Numbered from the stretch's first letter, positions 20,578-31,252 are shown. The stretch is 64,000 nucleotides of DNA from Clostridiales bacterium (GCA_040766505.1 JAXGQJ010000010.1:268-64267); one strand, 5' to 3'. A program made the numbers and translations. Notes: a model not told the origin generated them from the letters alone.

Positions 20578-20949
20578 ATGAGCCGCCATATATTGGCTGA
20601 GTTTTATGGTTGTCCATTTCCAAGTTTTGAACGATGTTGACCAGGTAGAGCACATTATGTGCAAAGCCGCATTGGGCCGGTGCCGAGATTCGGGGAGTTT
20701 TGTGTTCCACAAATTCAGTGCAAGGGTGGTGGCGTTGTCGTCATCTCAGAATCTCATTTAGCAATCCACACCTGGCCGGAATTGGGATATGCCGCAATTG
20801 ATGTTTTTACCTGCGGTACCCACGTTAACCCCAATCCCTGGGACATACTGTAAATACCTGAAGAAATGTTTCATGCCGGGGACGTTAAGGCGGAGGAGAT
20901 TAAGAGAGGGTTGGAAATTCCCGGTTTACCTGCGGCTGTGAATCAATAA
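20578..20949 (+). pseudogene. speH: S-adenosylmethionine decarboxylase proenzyme (SpeH/SpeD type), at least 5 phase shifts
   Basis: The pieces [72 protein letters not shown] and FHAGDVKAEEIKRGLEIPGLPAAVNQ* are readable only by hopping between phases. ESH contains the autoprocessing Ser. Confidence 0.8.
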
Positions 20950-20993
20950 AGGGGGAATTTTTATTTTACCGGACCACAGTCTGCGCAAACAGG

Positions 20994-21033
20994 AATAAGC
21001 CTTTTCATCGCTGGATGAGAGGGCTTATTTTTG
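20994..21033 (+). terminator. Rho-independent terminator after speH
   Basis: aataagccttttcatc (20994-21009) pairs with gatgagagggcttatt (21014-21029), followed by a T-run. Confidence 0.7.
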
Positions 21034-21105
21034 CCCTTGCATTCGCGCGGCCATCGGGATAAACTATAAGAGAGTTTATGCGGATCGGTGGATCAGGAGG
21101 ACGAT

Positions 21106-21797
21106 ATGGAACATTTTTTCGAAGCGCTGGAATACGTAGACAAGATCAATGCAAAAAAATCCGCCACTTTCCCCGGCAATTGATCGAGGAAACTTTAAAA
21201 TCGAAACACCCTTTAACAAAAAGACCTTATGCCATTTGATCTTATTGCGCGAATTACGCCCATTATACCGATGTGGTCTACCAATGGCCGCCGCCGGACA
21301 ATTGTTGGGCTATAGCCGTTTGGTTCATGAAACCGTTGTCAATGAAGATACGGCGGAAAGCCGCCGGGCCGTCAGCAGGACCTTCTTTTTTCCAGCGCCG
21401 CCTACCAAAAATCATCGAAGTGAAGCAGGATAAGGATTTAGAAGAGGTCGCGGGCATCATGGCCGCCACCGAGTAAGCCTGAACATGAAAAGAAGCCTTA
21501 GAACAAAGGGACGAACGGTATCTAGACATTCTCCGGCGGGAATACGGCGACCTTTACGGCAAGCTTATGGAAATCGGCGCCGACCTTGCCGGCTGTCCGG
21601 CGGAAACAAAAGCGCTGTATCGGGCGGTGGGAACAAAACTCGGCCTGCTTTGGGGCGCCGGGCAAAACGGCCATCCCTGGAACGGCGCTTCCATTCTCAG
21701 CCAATTAAAGGAGGAAGCCCAAAGATTGGAAGCCGAAAACGCCGGGCTGGTTTTTGCTTTGTATGGCGAAATTACGGCGGCAAGCGTTCGGGCCTAG
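21106..21797 (+). pseudogene. Hypothetical protein, fragmented over three phases
   Basis: RBS aggagg and MEHFFEALEYVDKINAKK. It continues as IRHFPRQLIEETLKSKHPLTK..., ...RRLPKIIEVKQDKDLEEVAGIMAATE and LEQRDERYLDILRREYGDLYGKLMEIGADLAGCPAETKALYRAVG...SVRA*. I recognise no family. Confidence 0.35.
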
Positions 21798-21932
21798 TAG
21801 GATTCCGGAATGGATTTGTTGCTCTTTACAATTCGACATTTTTCGTATAAGATATAAAATTGTGAAACTCCGCTGTCGGCAATAGGGCTGGGAGGAGGGC
21901 AATGGCCAGAAATGCGAATTGGGGGTAACGGA

Positions 21933-23711
21933 ATGGAAAAAGCGGCGGATCGGTTAAAGAAGCACCGTGTGTCGACCCTAACGGTTTTTTTTATGATCTT
22001 TTGTATGGTGTCGGCGGGGGCTTATGGCATCGAGGATATGATTCCGTCGTCCGGGCCGGGCCTAACCATACTTTTGCTGCTTTTATTGCCGTTTTTCTGG
22101 AGCATACCCCAGGGCCTCGTCGCCGCGGAGCTGGGTTCCGCCATTCCCGAGGAAGGCGGCTACTATAAATGGATCCAACGGGGCCTCGGTGAATTTTGGG
22201 GTTTTCAGGCGGGCTGGTGGCGCACCCTCTCTATCTATGTGGATTCAACTTTGTATGTGGTGTTGGCCGCCGGTTATCTCTCTTCCTTCATTGAACTCAA
22301 CCAGTGGCAGCTGTTCCTGGTGAAGGTGTTTTTTATCCTTTCTTTTACGGTCATCAATATTCGCGGCCTTTCCGATGTAGGCCGGGTTGCCGCTTATTTT
22401 TCCGTTATCGTCATCGCCACGTTTGTGCTTTTGATCGTTTTGGGGTTTAGCAACTGGCAGCACAATCCGGTGCTTCCCTTTATTCCCCCCGGTCAGGGCC
22501 TTTGGGAAAGCATCGGCCTCGGGATCGCGATCTGCATGTGGATGTATTCCGGTTATGAATCGATGTCGACGATGGCGGGTGAGATGGAAAATCCCCAGGT
22601 GATACCGAAAGCAACGCTTTTTTCCGTACCTGCCATCATGCTGCTGTATATTCTTCCTACCATTGCCGGTTTGGCTGCGGTGGGGCGCTGGGCGGAATGG
22701 TCGACGGAAGGCGGCGTTTCCTTTGCCACCGTCGCCAATTTGGTCGGTTTTCCCGCCTTTGGCATTGTTTTCGCCATTGCTGCCGTTGTTTCCAATCTTT
22801 CACTGTACAATACCTATCTTGCCTCCGGCTCCCGGGGATTTTTCGCCATTGCCGACGACCGGCTGGCGCCGAAAGCATTTAAAAAGGTGCACCGCAAATA
22901 CGGCACGCCCTATCTTGCCATCGTCAGCATGGCCTTGGTGAACCTCATTCTTTGCCAATATGGCTTTGGGATTCTCGTGGTGATCGATGTTTTTCTGCTG
23001 ATGTTCGCCTATGTGCTGATCTACGTCGCCGCCATCGCATTGCGCCTGAAAGAGCCGAATTTGAAACGGCCCTTTAAGATCCCTTTGGGGGTAAAGGGGC
23101 TGATTCTCCTCTGTGTCAGCCCTGTGGTTCTGGCGGTGCTGGCGCTGTTCAGCAATGGCATCCTCTATTTTATCGGCGGCTGCGTCGGCATCGCGTCGGG
23201 GCCTGTCGCTTATCTGATTTTGAAGCGGAGCTTCGGCGGCCTTCAAGGAACCGGGCGCATCGAAAAGGGAGAGAAGCGCGCCGCCGCCGCCGTGCTGTTG
23301 GTGATGGCGATTTGCCTGGCCGGTGCTTTTTACCTGTTTTGTGGCAATCTGCGGGAAGCCGACGGTGCGCTCGCCTCCTATCGCGAAGCGAGCCGGGAAT
23401 GGGCCGTCGGCACAGGGCGGCACTTCGATTTTTATCAAGAGGCCTGGTATGAAGAATTTACCGTCGCCGGCCGGGAGGGGCTGGTGGTGACCGTATATTA
23501 TGACGGCGCTCTCTATGGTGAAGCGGCCTTCGATCAGCGCCCGGCGGATGCCGGCGTATTCGCCGCCGACGTTGAAAGGGCCCTTGCCGCCTATGCCGCC
23601 GCTTCCGCCCCTTTAGAAAGCCTGGTTTTTTATGGCGGCGATTATGTTTATTCTTATACCGGCGGCGCTGTGCCGGACTATGATGAGATTTTGGCCGAAG
23701 TTGGCAGTTAA
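21933..23711 (+). CDS. APC-superfamily amino acid/polyamine permease with an extra C-terminal TM segment and soluble domain
   Basis: Intact ORF 21912-23711 with about 12 TM segments (GAYGIEDMIPSSGPG, MYSGYESMSTMAGEMENP) and a C-terminal extension of about 170 aa. Confidence 0.75.
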   Translation: MEKAADRLKKHRVSTLTVFFMIFCMVSAGAYGIEDMIPSSGPGLTILLLLLLPFFWSIPQGLVAAELGSAIPEEGGYYKWIQRGLGEFWGFQAGWWRTLSIYVDSTLYVVLAAGYLSSFIELNQWQLFLVKVFFILSFTVINIRGLSDVGRVAAYFSVIVIATFVLLIVLGFSNWQHNPVLPFIPPGQGLWESIGLGIAICMWMYSGYESMSTMAGEMENPQVIPKATLFSVPAIMLLYILPTIAGLAAVGRWAEWSTEGGVSFATVANLVGFPAFGIVFAIAAVVSNLSLYNTYLASGSRGFFAIADDRLAPKAFKKVHRKYGTPYLAIVSMALVNLILCQYGFGILVVIDVFLLMFAYVLIYVAAIALRLKEPNLKRPFKIPLGVKGLILLCVSPVVLAVLALFSNGILYFIGGCVGIASGPVAYLILKRSFGGLQGTGRIEKGEKRAAAAVLLVMAICLAGAFYLFCGNLREADGALASYREASREWAVGTGRHFDFYQEAWYEEFTVAGREGLVVTVYYDGALYGEAAFDQRPADAGVFAADVERALAAYAAASAPLESLVFYGGDYVYSYTGGAVPDYDEILAEVGS

Positions 23712-23752
23712 CCGGTGGCTTTGGCTTTTCCAATAGGAAATGAGGTGATACA

Positions 23753-25144
23753 ATGGTAAAAAAATACGATGTGGCGATCATCGGCGGCGGGATCGGCGGA
23801 TTGATGACTGCCTATCGGCTGACGGCCCTGGATCCCGGTTTAAAAGTGGCGATTTTCGAAAAAGGCCATCAAATTGAAAAGAGGAAATGCCCGATCTTAC
23901 AGAAACAAAGCCGTGTTTGCGTAAAATGCCCTTCCTGCGCCATCATGGAAGGCATGGCCGGCGCCGGCGCCTTTTCCGACGGGAAATATCTGATTACCAC
24001 CGAATATGGCGGCTGGCTCACCGATTTTATCGACAGGGACGTTCTGCTTTCCTATATCGAGATGGGAGATAAAATTTTGGTGGAACATGGCGCCACCACG
24101 GAACGTTTCTTCCCCGACGACGAACTGAAAAAGCTTTGCTTGCGCCATGATCTCCATATGAGCCAGGCCCAATTAAAGCATTTGGGAACCGACGCCAATT
24201 TTGCTACGATGGCCCATCTGATTCATGGCTTGGAAGGAAGATGCGATCTGATCGCCAATACCGAAGTGGTTGCCGTGGATGCCGCCGCCCATCGGTTGCG
24301 GCTGCGCAACTCCTCGGGAGAAGAGGAGGTGGAGGCGAACGACATCGTTTTTGCCGTCGGCAGGGCCGGCTCCCGTTTTTTTTCAAACTGGTGCCGGGAA
24401 AATGGAATCCCGCTGGAAAACAACCAGGTCGACATCGGCGTGCGGGTGGAATTGCCCGCCATCATTTGGGAGGATTTTTCCAGCCGCATCTATGAGCCTA
24501 AGATTTGGTGCCGCAGCAAAAGCTATGGCGATATCAGCCGCATGTTTTGCTTCAATGAGCGAGGCAGCGTTGTCACCGAGAATACCGACGGTGTTCTTAC
24601 CGTCAATGGCCATTCCTACCGCGATAGGGAACGGAAAACCGGGAATTCAAACTTTGCCCTTTTGTCGACGATCAAATTCACCCAGCCCTTCAATGCGCCG
24701 ATCGAATATGCCCGCCATGTGGCGGCGCTGGCCAATATGATTTCCGGCGGCAGCGTTCTCGTTCAAAGGCTCGGGGATTTGGAATCCGGCCGCCGTACCG
24801 ACGTCCATCGCCTGCAAAAATCAACGACCCGCCCAACCTTGGACGCGGTTCCCGGCGATTTAAGCCTTTGCCTGCCGAAACGGCAATTGGACAATATTGT
24901 GGAGACCCTCCACGCCCTCGACGCCGTCGCGCCGGGCACCGCCAATTTTGACACCTTGCTCTATGGGGTGGAATGCAAATACTATTCCGCCCGCCCCAAA
25001 TGCAAGGATTTTGAGATTGACGGTTGTTCCAGGGTCTATGCCATCGGCGATGGCGCCGGCTTCACCCGTTCGCTGTCACAAGTGTCCGCCCACGGCCTTT
25101 ATGTGGCGGATCGCATCGCCGCCCGGGGGGGCTTGGGCCTATAA
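23753..25144 (+). CDS. FAD-dependent oxidoreductase (COG2509-like)
   Basis: 463 aa. Rossmann motif YDVAIIGGGIGGLMTAY and C-terminal AIGDGAGFTRSL. Confidence 0.7.
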   Translation: MVKKYDVAIIGGGIGGLMTAYRLTALDPGLKVAIFEKGHQIEKRKCPILQKQSRVCVKCPSCAIMEGMAGAGAFSDGKYLITTEYGGWLTDFIDRDVLLSYIEMGDKILVEHGATTERFFPDDELKKLCLRHDLHMSQAQLKHLGTDANFATMAHLIHGLEGRCDLIANTEVVAVDAAAHRLRLRNSSGEEEVEANDIVFAVGRAGSRFFSNWCRENGIPLENNQVDIGVRVELPAIIWEDFSSRIYEPKIWCRSKSYGDISRMFCFNERGSVVTENTDGVLTVNGHSYRDRERKTGNSNFALLSTIKFTQPFNAPIEYARHVAALANMISGGSVLVQRLGDLESGRRTDVHRLQKSTTRPTLDAVPGDLSLCLPKRQLDNIVETLHALDAVAPGTANFDTLLYGVECKYYSARPKCKDFEIDGCSRVYAIGDGAGFTRSLSQVSAHGLYVADRIAARGGLGL

Positions 25145-25185
25145 GTGAAAAAAGGGATCTGTCATGCGGAGAAGAAAACAATGGA

Positions 25186-25228
25186 AAGCGCCGAACCCCG
25201 GGCCGGGTTTGGCGCTTGATTGGTTTTT
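25186..25228 (+). terminator. Rho-independent terminator after the FAD oxidoreductase gene
   Basis: aagcgccgaacc (25186-25197) pairs with ggtttggcgctt (25206-25217), followed by gattggttttt. Confidence 0.6.
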
Positions 25229-25300
25229 GGGAAATCGTGGGATTTAAATTGGGCGGAGTTTTTCTTTCCCCCGCCGTTGAGGGCCGGGGCCATCGGCCGG

Positions 25301-26066
25301 TCAATAGCCCGCGGTCAGACCATAATCCAAGGATATAATCGCGCCGTTGAGGGCTTTTCTTTTTTTGCGGCGACAAAAAGGATCATCTCCGCCACCTCAT
25401 CGGGGTCGATGGGGGTTTTTTGTGCCGAGGGGATACCGTTCCAGCAGGGATTGACAGTAATGTTCATAGGAAAGGCCCGGGTGGAGCGCCCGATCCGCCG
25501 CCAGCATCGGCGTTTCCACATCGCCGGGGCTGATGGCGTTGACCCGCATCCCTCTCTCATAAACCTCCAGAGCCAAGGCTTTGGTTAACAGGTTGACACC
25601 GCCTTTGGAAGCGGAATAAGCCGAAGCGTGGCGATTGCCCATCATACCGGCGTCGGATGAGAGGTTGACGATATTGCCGCCCCGTTTTTCCAAATGGGGC
25701 AAAGCAGATTGACACATGAAGAACAGGCCCTTTAAATTGGTTCCCAATATCTCATCCCACAGCCTGGCCTCGCCGGTGTCGCCGCAAAGATTATAGGCGA
25801 AAATGCCGGCGCTGTTAACGAGGACGTCGGGCCGTCTTGGGCCGCCGCTTCCTCGCACCAAAGCGGCAGTTTTCCGGCCGGCGAATATCGCCGCAAAGGC
25901 CGCGAACCGCGCCAAAAAAGGAAAGTTCCCCGACGGCGTCGGCGGTTTTTTCGTCCCGCCCGATGATCTTTACCTTTGCGCCGGCCTTGAGAAAAGCCGC
26001 GGCGGCGCTTTTGCCGATGCCGCTATTGCCGCCGGTGATGAGGATGTTCTGCCCTTGAAATTCCAA
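25301..26066 (-). pseudogene. Short-chain dehydrogenase/reductase (SDR), at least 2 phase shifts
   Basis: ILITGGNSGIGKS (ORF 25815-26066), NLSSDAGMMGNRHASAYSASKGGV with the YxxxK motif (ORF 25397-25915), and a C-terminus ALNGAIISLDYGLTAGY* in a third phase. Confidence 0.8.
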
Positions 26067-26231
26067 AAGAAGCCCCCCTGTCGGCCATTTTTTGGCCGCT
26101 TGTTTGCTGTTTGCATCTTACACTATATCGCCTTAGGCAAAAAAAAACAAGACCGGAAACAGCGCCGCACTTCAAGGAAGGCAAGGGAAGGGCGCTCCTT
26201 TTGTAAAAGACGGTGGGAGCGCCCCATTTTT

Positions 26232-26828
26232 TTAACCTTCATAAGGGGCGAGGTGAAAGCGAATGAAATAGCCCCGGTCATGGTCGCAAACGGGGCAAAG
26301 CGCCGGAACTTCGGTTCCCGTAAAGATATGGCCGCAGTTCAGGCACATCCATTGCACCGAAACGTCAGAAATATATAGGGTATTCTGCTCCACCATATCG
26401 GCATAGCGGCCAAAACGGTCGCCATGGGTTTTTTCGATGGCGGCGATTTGCCGGAAGGAAGCGGCAAGTTGGGGGAAGCCCTCCTCCTGGGCGGTATTGG
26501 CGAAGCCCGCATAGACCTGATTGTATTCTTCATATTCATTGTGCTGGGCCGCCCGGAGCAGGGAAAGGGCATCATTGTAGATGTCTACGGGATAGGCGCC
26601 GTCTACCTGGATATTGGCGCCGGCCATCGGCGCAAGATGCTCGTAGAAGATTTCCGCATGTTCCTTTTCCTGGTTCGCCGTAAAGGTGAAAACAGCTTCC
26701 ACCACCTGAAAGCCCATTTTCTTCGCGGCGGAAGCGGCGATTTGATAGCGGTTTCTGGCTTGGCTCTCACCGGCGAAAGCCCGCATAAGATTGTCTTTCG
26801 TAATGCTTTGTTCAAAAGGTACCGTCAT
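26232..26828 (-). CDS. rbr: Rubrerythrin
   Basis: 198 aa. NLMRAFAGESQARNRY, ferritin-like EKEHAEIF and EKTHGDRF, and a C-terminal rubredoxin-type CLNCGH...CPVCDH. Confidence 0.9.
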   Translation of the reverse strand: MTVPFEQSITKDNLMRAFAGESQARNRYQIAASAAKKMGFQVVEAVFTFTANQEKEHAEIFYEHLAPMAGANIQVDGAYPVDIYNDALSLLRAAQHNEYEEYNQVYAGFANTAQEEGFPQLAASFRQIAAIEKTHGDRFGRYADMVEQNTLYISDVSVQWMCLNCGHIFTGTEVPALCPVCDHDRGYFIRFHLAPYEG

Positions 26829-26857
26829 GATTCATCCTCCATTGTATTGTCGTTTCA

Positions 26858-29088
26858 TTATAAAAGGTCATGGCTTGCCTGGGCTTTCAGCCTCTGCCAG
26901 CGGCGGTCGATCTCCGCTTGGATCTCATTTAATGTGGTTTCATATTTCGGATCCGCCAGGTGGCGGGTGCGCCCCATCATCTTCAGCCAGTCGGCGGCGG
27001 GTATCTTCTTATTCTTTTCCTCAGGATTATAGGTGATGCGGGTGATTCCCCGTTCCACCTCGTAAAGGGGGAAATAGCAGGCATCGACGGCGCTTTGGAT
27101 CACCGACCGTTCCAGGTTCGGTTTGTCGTTCCAGTTGAGGGGGCAGGCGGATAGAGCTTTCAAATAAACGGTTCCCCAAGAAGCCGCATAGCGCTGGGCT
27201 TTCGCCGCCTTTTTGATGAAATCCGCCGGGTGGGATTCCGCCACCGTCGCCACATAGGGCATATGGGTTGCCGCCATGATTTGGGGCGTGTCTTTATGGA
27301 AAAAGGTCTTGCCGCCTCGGTCTTTGCCAAGGTGAGAGGTGGCGCTTTTCGCTCCCTTGGGCGTGGAATAGGAGAGTTGGTAGCCGGTGTTCATATAGCC
27401 GCCATTGTCGTATTCAAACAGGATCAGCCTGTGATTTCTAAGGGCCGCGCCAATGGCGGAGCCCATGCCGATGTCCATGCCGCCGTCGCCGCTGACCATG
27501 ATAAAGGTGATGCCGCCGTCGGGGTATTCCCCCGTTTTTGCTTTTGATGAAATACCTCCACAAGGCCGGAGAGGGTGGCGGCGCCGCTTGTGAGCAAATT
27601 GTGAACATAGGGGATTTTGAACGCTGTTTTGGGATATGGGGTATTGACCACCATGCCGCAGCCGGTTTGGAAAAGCAACACCACATTCCCTTCGATTCCC
27701 CGCAGCAGCAAATTGATATTGACGGGGATGCCGCAGCCGGGGCAGGCCCCGTGGCCCGGGGCGAGACGTTTCGGCATCACGGTGGTGTCCTTGATGCTCC
27801 CGCCTTTCACCTGGTATCTGCCATCCTCTTCCCGTATTTGGGTCACGCCGAGGCTCGTTTCGGCGGGAAGCAAAGGGGTGAAAAAGGGCCGGCGGTTCGG
27901 ATCGTTCCAGCCGGGGTTTTGGCCATAGTAATCGAAAACCGGCGCTTCTTTTGTATCGGCGAGGGAAAACAGGCGGATGGCATCGCGAACATAAAAATCT
28001 CTGCCCCCCAAACCGTAGATCCGACTGATGACCCGGGCATTGCCGCCATTTTCTTGCAGCAGCGCTTTGATTTCCAGCGACATATTGCCGCCGGATGCGC
28101 CATAACTGTCCTGCCGGTCGGCGACGACGACGGTTTTGGCGCCCTTTAAGGCTTGCCACATTTCCTGTTTGGGGAAAGGGCGGAGCAGATTGGCGCCGAC
28201 GACGCCGACTTTCTTCCCTTCCTTCCGCAGTTGGTCTGCGGCGGCGGCGGCCGTATGAAAGCTGGAACCGAGCAAAAAGAGCAGTACCTCGGCATCATCA
28301 ACCCGATAGGTAGGCACCGCGGTATATTTGCGGCCGGTAAGGGCCTCATATGCGCGGAAGGTTTCGTCGATCGCCCCCAGGGCTTCCTCCATCGCGAGGT
28401 GCAATTGGTATTTATTGTTCAGAATGTCCGGTTCGTTCATATAGCAGCCGATGGAGACCGGTTTTTCCATGTCGAGGGCGCTGTAGCGGGGTTGGTAGCT
28501 GCCGATAAAATTTTGCACATCCCGATCGTCGGCAAAGACCTGGCAATTTCTTTTTTGATGGCTGGTAAAAAAACCGTCAAAGGCGACGATAGCCGGAAGC
28601 AGCACTTTTTCCGCGACCTTTAAAGCGCAGAGGTTAAAATCGTAAACCGCTTGGGGATCATTGGCAAAAAAGACCAACCAGCCGCTGTTCAAGGCGAACA
28701 TGATGTCGCTATGGTCCCCTTTGATGGAGAGGGGGCCGGAAACGGTGCGGGTGGCGACATTCAATACCATCGGAAAGCGGGTGCCGGATTGAACCGGCAA
28801 TTGTTCCAGCGCGTAAAGAAGGCCATTGGCGCTGGTGGCATTGAAAACGCGGCCCCCGGCGGCGGCGCCGCCATAGCAGATTCCCGCGGCGCTGTGCTCC
28901 CCTTCTGCCGGAACCATCGCAATGTCATGCTCCCCGTCGGCCCCCATCTGGTCTAAAAATTCCGCGATTTGGGTCGATGGCGTGATGGGATAATAGCCCA
29001 TCAGGTGGTAGTTGATCTGCTTTGCGCCATAGGCCGCCATTTCATTGCCGCTTTCAAAAAGCAGTTTTTGCGGCTTCAGCGTTTCCAT
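26858..29088 (-). pseudogene. 2-oxoacid:ferredoxin oxidoreductase alpha and beta (TPP-binding) modules in one reading phase; one phase shift near 27535
   Basis: ORF 27424-29088 runs from the alpha N-terminus (GNEMAAYGAKQINYHLMGYYPITPSTQ) into beta (APGHGACPGCG) with no stop. The beta module continues in ORF 26858-28159 (GGITFIMVSGDGGMDIGMG). The switch is at caaaagcaaaaacggggg. Confidence 0.85.
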
Positions 29089-30131
29089 CAGAGAATGCCC
29101 CCCTTCCTCGTCTTTTCTTCCAGATAGGCTTCGCCTGTGATCCAGGAATTGGCGCCGCCGCTCTCATATTCCATCGCGCCCGGGAGCAGGTCTTGGTTCA
29201 GCAAAAGATGTTCTTTTTTCGGGTGCTCCCGCTCCAGAGCGGCAACGAGAGCGCCGGTGGGGCAGATTGTGACGCAGCGCAGGCAACCTTTGCAGTGGAT
29301 ATAGTCCAGCCCCCGGTTGACAAGGCGTTTTTTCCCTTTGCTATCTTCTAAAGCAAATTGAAACACCATATCCGGGCAGGTGGAATCGCACAATCCGCAA
29401 TGAATGCACTTGTCCGGCAGGAAAAGCGGGAAATAGCCGGCCCGGGATGCGGAGAGGTCGCTCGAAACGGTGCTGCCAATATGAGGGTTCACGCCGCCGA
29501 TGGGCGCGTTCTCGTAGCCCCAATCGTCCTCCGGTTCCCGATAGGGCAACGGGGGATATTTGCCGTCCTCCTGGAAGGTTTGGCTTTTTCCCTCTTCAAA
29601 GCCGCGCCGCGCCCCTTCGATGTTTTCCCGCAGCAACTTAGGGTATTTTTTCCCCAAAGTGGCGGCGATCAGACGCTCCAAGGCCGCAAAGGGAATGAAA
29701 CCGGCAGCTTTCGCAATCGCGCCCAACAAAACCATATTGATTCTGCTTTTGCTTTCCAGCGCGATCCTTTCCGCGTCGATTCCGATGATCTCACCGGCGG
29801 AAAGCCGCAAGCGATCCCGGATTTCTTCCGGTTCCAAGGCGGTGGCGAGAATGGTTTTGCTTTCCGGCACTAGCCCCGCGGTGACCGGAAGCTTTCCCAC
29901 CATATCTTCGTGAAAGATGGCGAGAATGTGGGGATGCACCACAGGGCTGCTGATGCGGATCGCTGTATCCCGGTCGCACCAGCGAATGAAAGATTTCACC
30001 GGGGAACCCCGTTTTTCCGAGCCATAGCTGGAAAAACTGGCGGCGTTCAACCCCAATTCCTGCGCGCCCAATTCCCCCAGCAGCTTGCCGCAAACATTCG
30101 CGCCGAGGCCGCCGATGCTTTCCAGCCGCAT
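29088..30131 (-). CDS. 2-oxoacid:ferredoxin oxidoreductase gamma subunit fused to a 2x[4Fe-4S] delta/ferredoxin domain
   Basis: 347 aa. Gamma-type N-terminus IGGLGANVCGKLLG and the cysteine clusters CIHCGLCDSTCP and CKGCLRCVTICP. Confidence 0.85.
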   Translation of the reverse strand: MRLESIGGLGANVCGKLLGELGAQELGLNAASFSSYGSEKRGSPVKSFIRWCDRDTAIRISSPVVHPHILAIFHEDMVGKLPVTAGLVPESKTILATALEPEEIRDRLRLSAGEIIGIDAERIALESKSRINMVLLGAIAKAAGFIPFAALERLIAATLGKKYPKLLRENIEGARRGFEEGKSQTFQEDGKYPPLPYREPEDDWGYENAPIGGVNPHIGSTVSSDLSASRAGYFPLFLPDKCIHCGLCDSTCPDMVFQFALEDSKGKKRLVNRGLDYIHCKGCLRCVTICPTGALVAALEREHPKKEHLLLNQDLLPGAMEYESGGANSWITGEAYLEEKTRKGGIL

Positions 30132-30389
30132 TTCATAATACCCCTCGGCATTGACGAGGGGCAGCCGAATCGATTCGATGACATACCACTCCTTTCCCGA
30201 CCAAAATGGTTTGGTGGGAATAGTATTGGATGAAATGCCAAAAATATGTATGAACCGGGGCTAGAGTGCGGATTGGGATGTTTGCGTAGAAATAAATAAA
30301 TATAACAAACCTAGGCTTTGTTCTTCTCCCTGTCAACGCGATAAGGCCGTGTTTTGCCATATTATGCCAAAAGATCCCATCTTTCTCCA

Positions 30390-30419
30390 GTATAAAAATG
30401 TGCAACAACGTCCATATTA
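30390..30419 (+). promoter_or_regulatory. Forespore-type (sigma-F/sigma-G) promoter candidate for sigG-spoIIR
   Basis: GTATA (30390-30394), 18-nt spacer, CATATTA (30413-30419). This compares with the Bacillus consensus GHATR-N17/18-CAHWHTA as I recall it. Confidence 0.45.
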
Positions 30420-30445
30420 TGGATAGAAAACTGCTGGAGGGGATT

Positions 30446-31220
30446 ATGATGCTGAATAAAAAGGTGGAAATATGCGGTGTCGACACTTCAAAATTGCCGG
30501 TTCTGAAAAGCAGCGTCATGCGGGATCTGTTTGTGAAAATGCAAAGCGGAGACGAAAGCGCCCGTGAAGAGATTATCAGCGGAAATTTGCGTTTGGTTCT
30601 CAGCGTGATCCAGCGGTTTACTTCAAGGGGAGAAAACCTTGACGATCTCTTTCAGGTGGGTTGCATCGGCCTAATGAAGGCTTGCGATAATTTTGACCTC
30701 GGCCAAAATGTGCGCTTTTCCACCTATGCGGTGCCGATGATCATCGGCGAAATCCGCCGTTATTTAAGGGACAACAATTCGCTCCGGGTGAGCCGTTCTT
30801 TAAGAGACACCGCCTATAAAGCGCTCCATGCCAAAGAGGTGTTGACGGCGGAAAAATCCAAAGAGCCGACGATCGGGGAGATCGCGAAATACCTGGATCT
30901 GCCCATAGAAAATGTGGTTTTCGCCCTCGATGCGATTCAGGATCCGGTTTCCCTCTATGAACCGATATACCATGATGGCGGCGACCCGCTTTTGGTTATG
31001 GATCAAATCGGCGACGAAAAGAATACCGACAGCCAATGGCTGGAAAACGTAGCCATCAGCGAAGCTAAAAAAATTGTCTCAAAGAGAAAAGAAAATCATC
31101 GACCTCCGCTTTTCCAGGGCCGCACCCAAATGGAGGTGGCATCGGAAAATCGGAATTTCCCAGGCCCAAGTATCAAGGCTGGAAAAAGCGGCCCTCTATA
31201 ATTTGCGGAAATACTTTTAA
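30446..31220 (+). pseudogene. sigG: Sporulation sigma factor SigG; C-terminal region 4 read across two phases
   Basis: KVEICGVDTSKLPVLKS, GNLRLVLSVIQRF, DDLFQVGCIGLMK and FSTYAVPMIIGEIRRYLRDNNSLRVSRS. The tail KKLSQREKKIIDLRF / FQGRTQMEVASE / IGISQAQVSRLEKAALYNLRKYF* needs two 1-nt corrections. Confidence 0.9.
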
Positions 31221-31252
31221 CCTTTGTTCCATGAGAAAGAAGGAGAGGAACC

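Noticed and set aside
30351-30370. A sigma-54-like sequence on the minus strand (TTGGCATAATATGGCAAAAC) upstream of the oxidoreductase operon.
   Set aside because: The GG and GC dinucleotides are separated by 9 nt rather than 10. The match may be chance, or it would need yet another indel to work.
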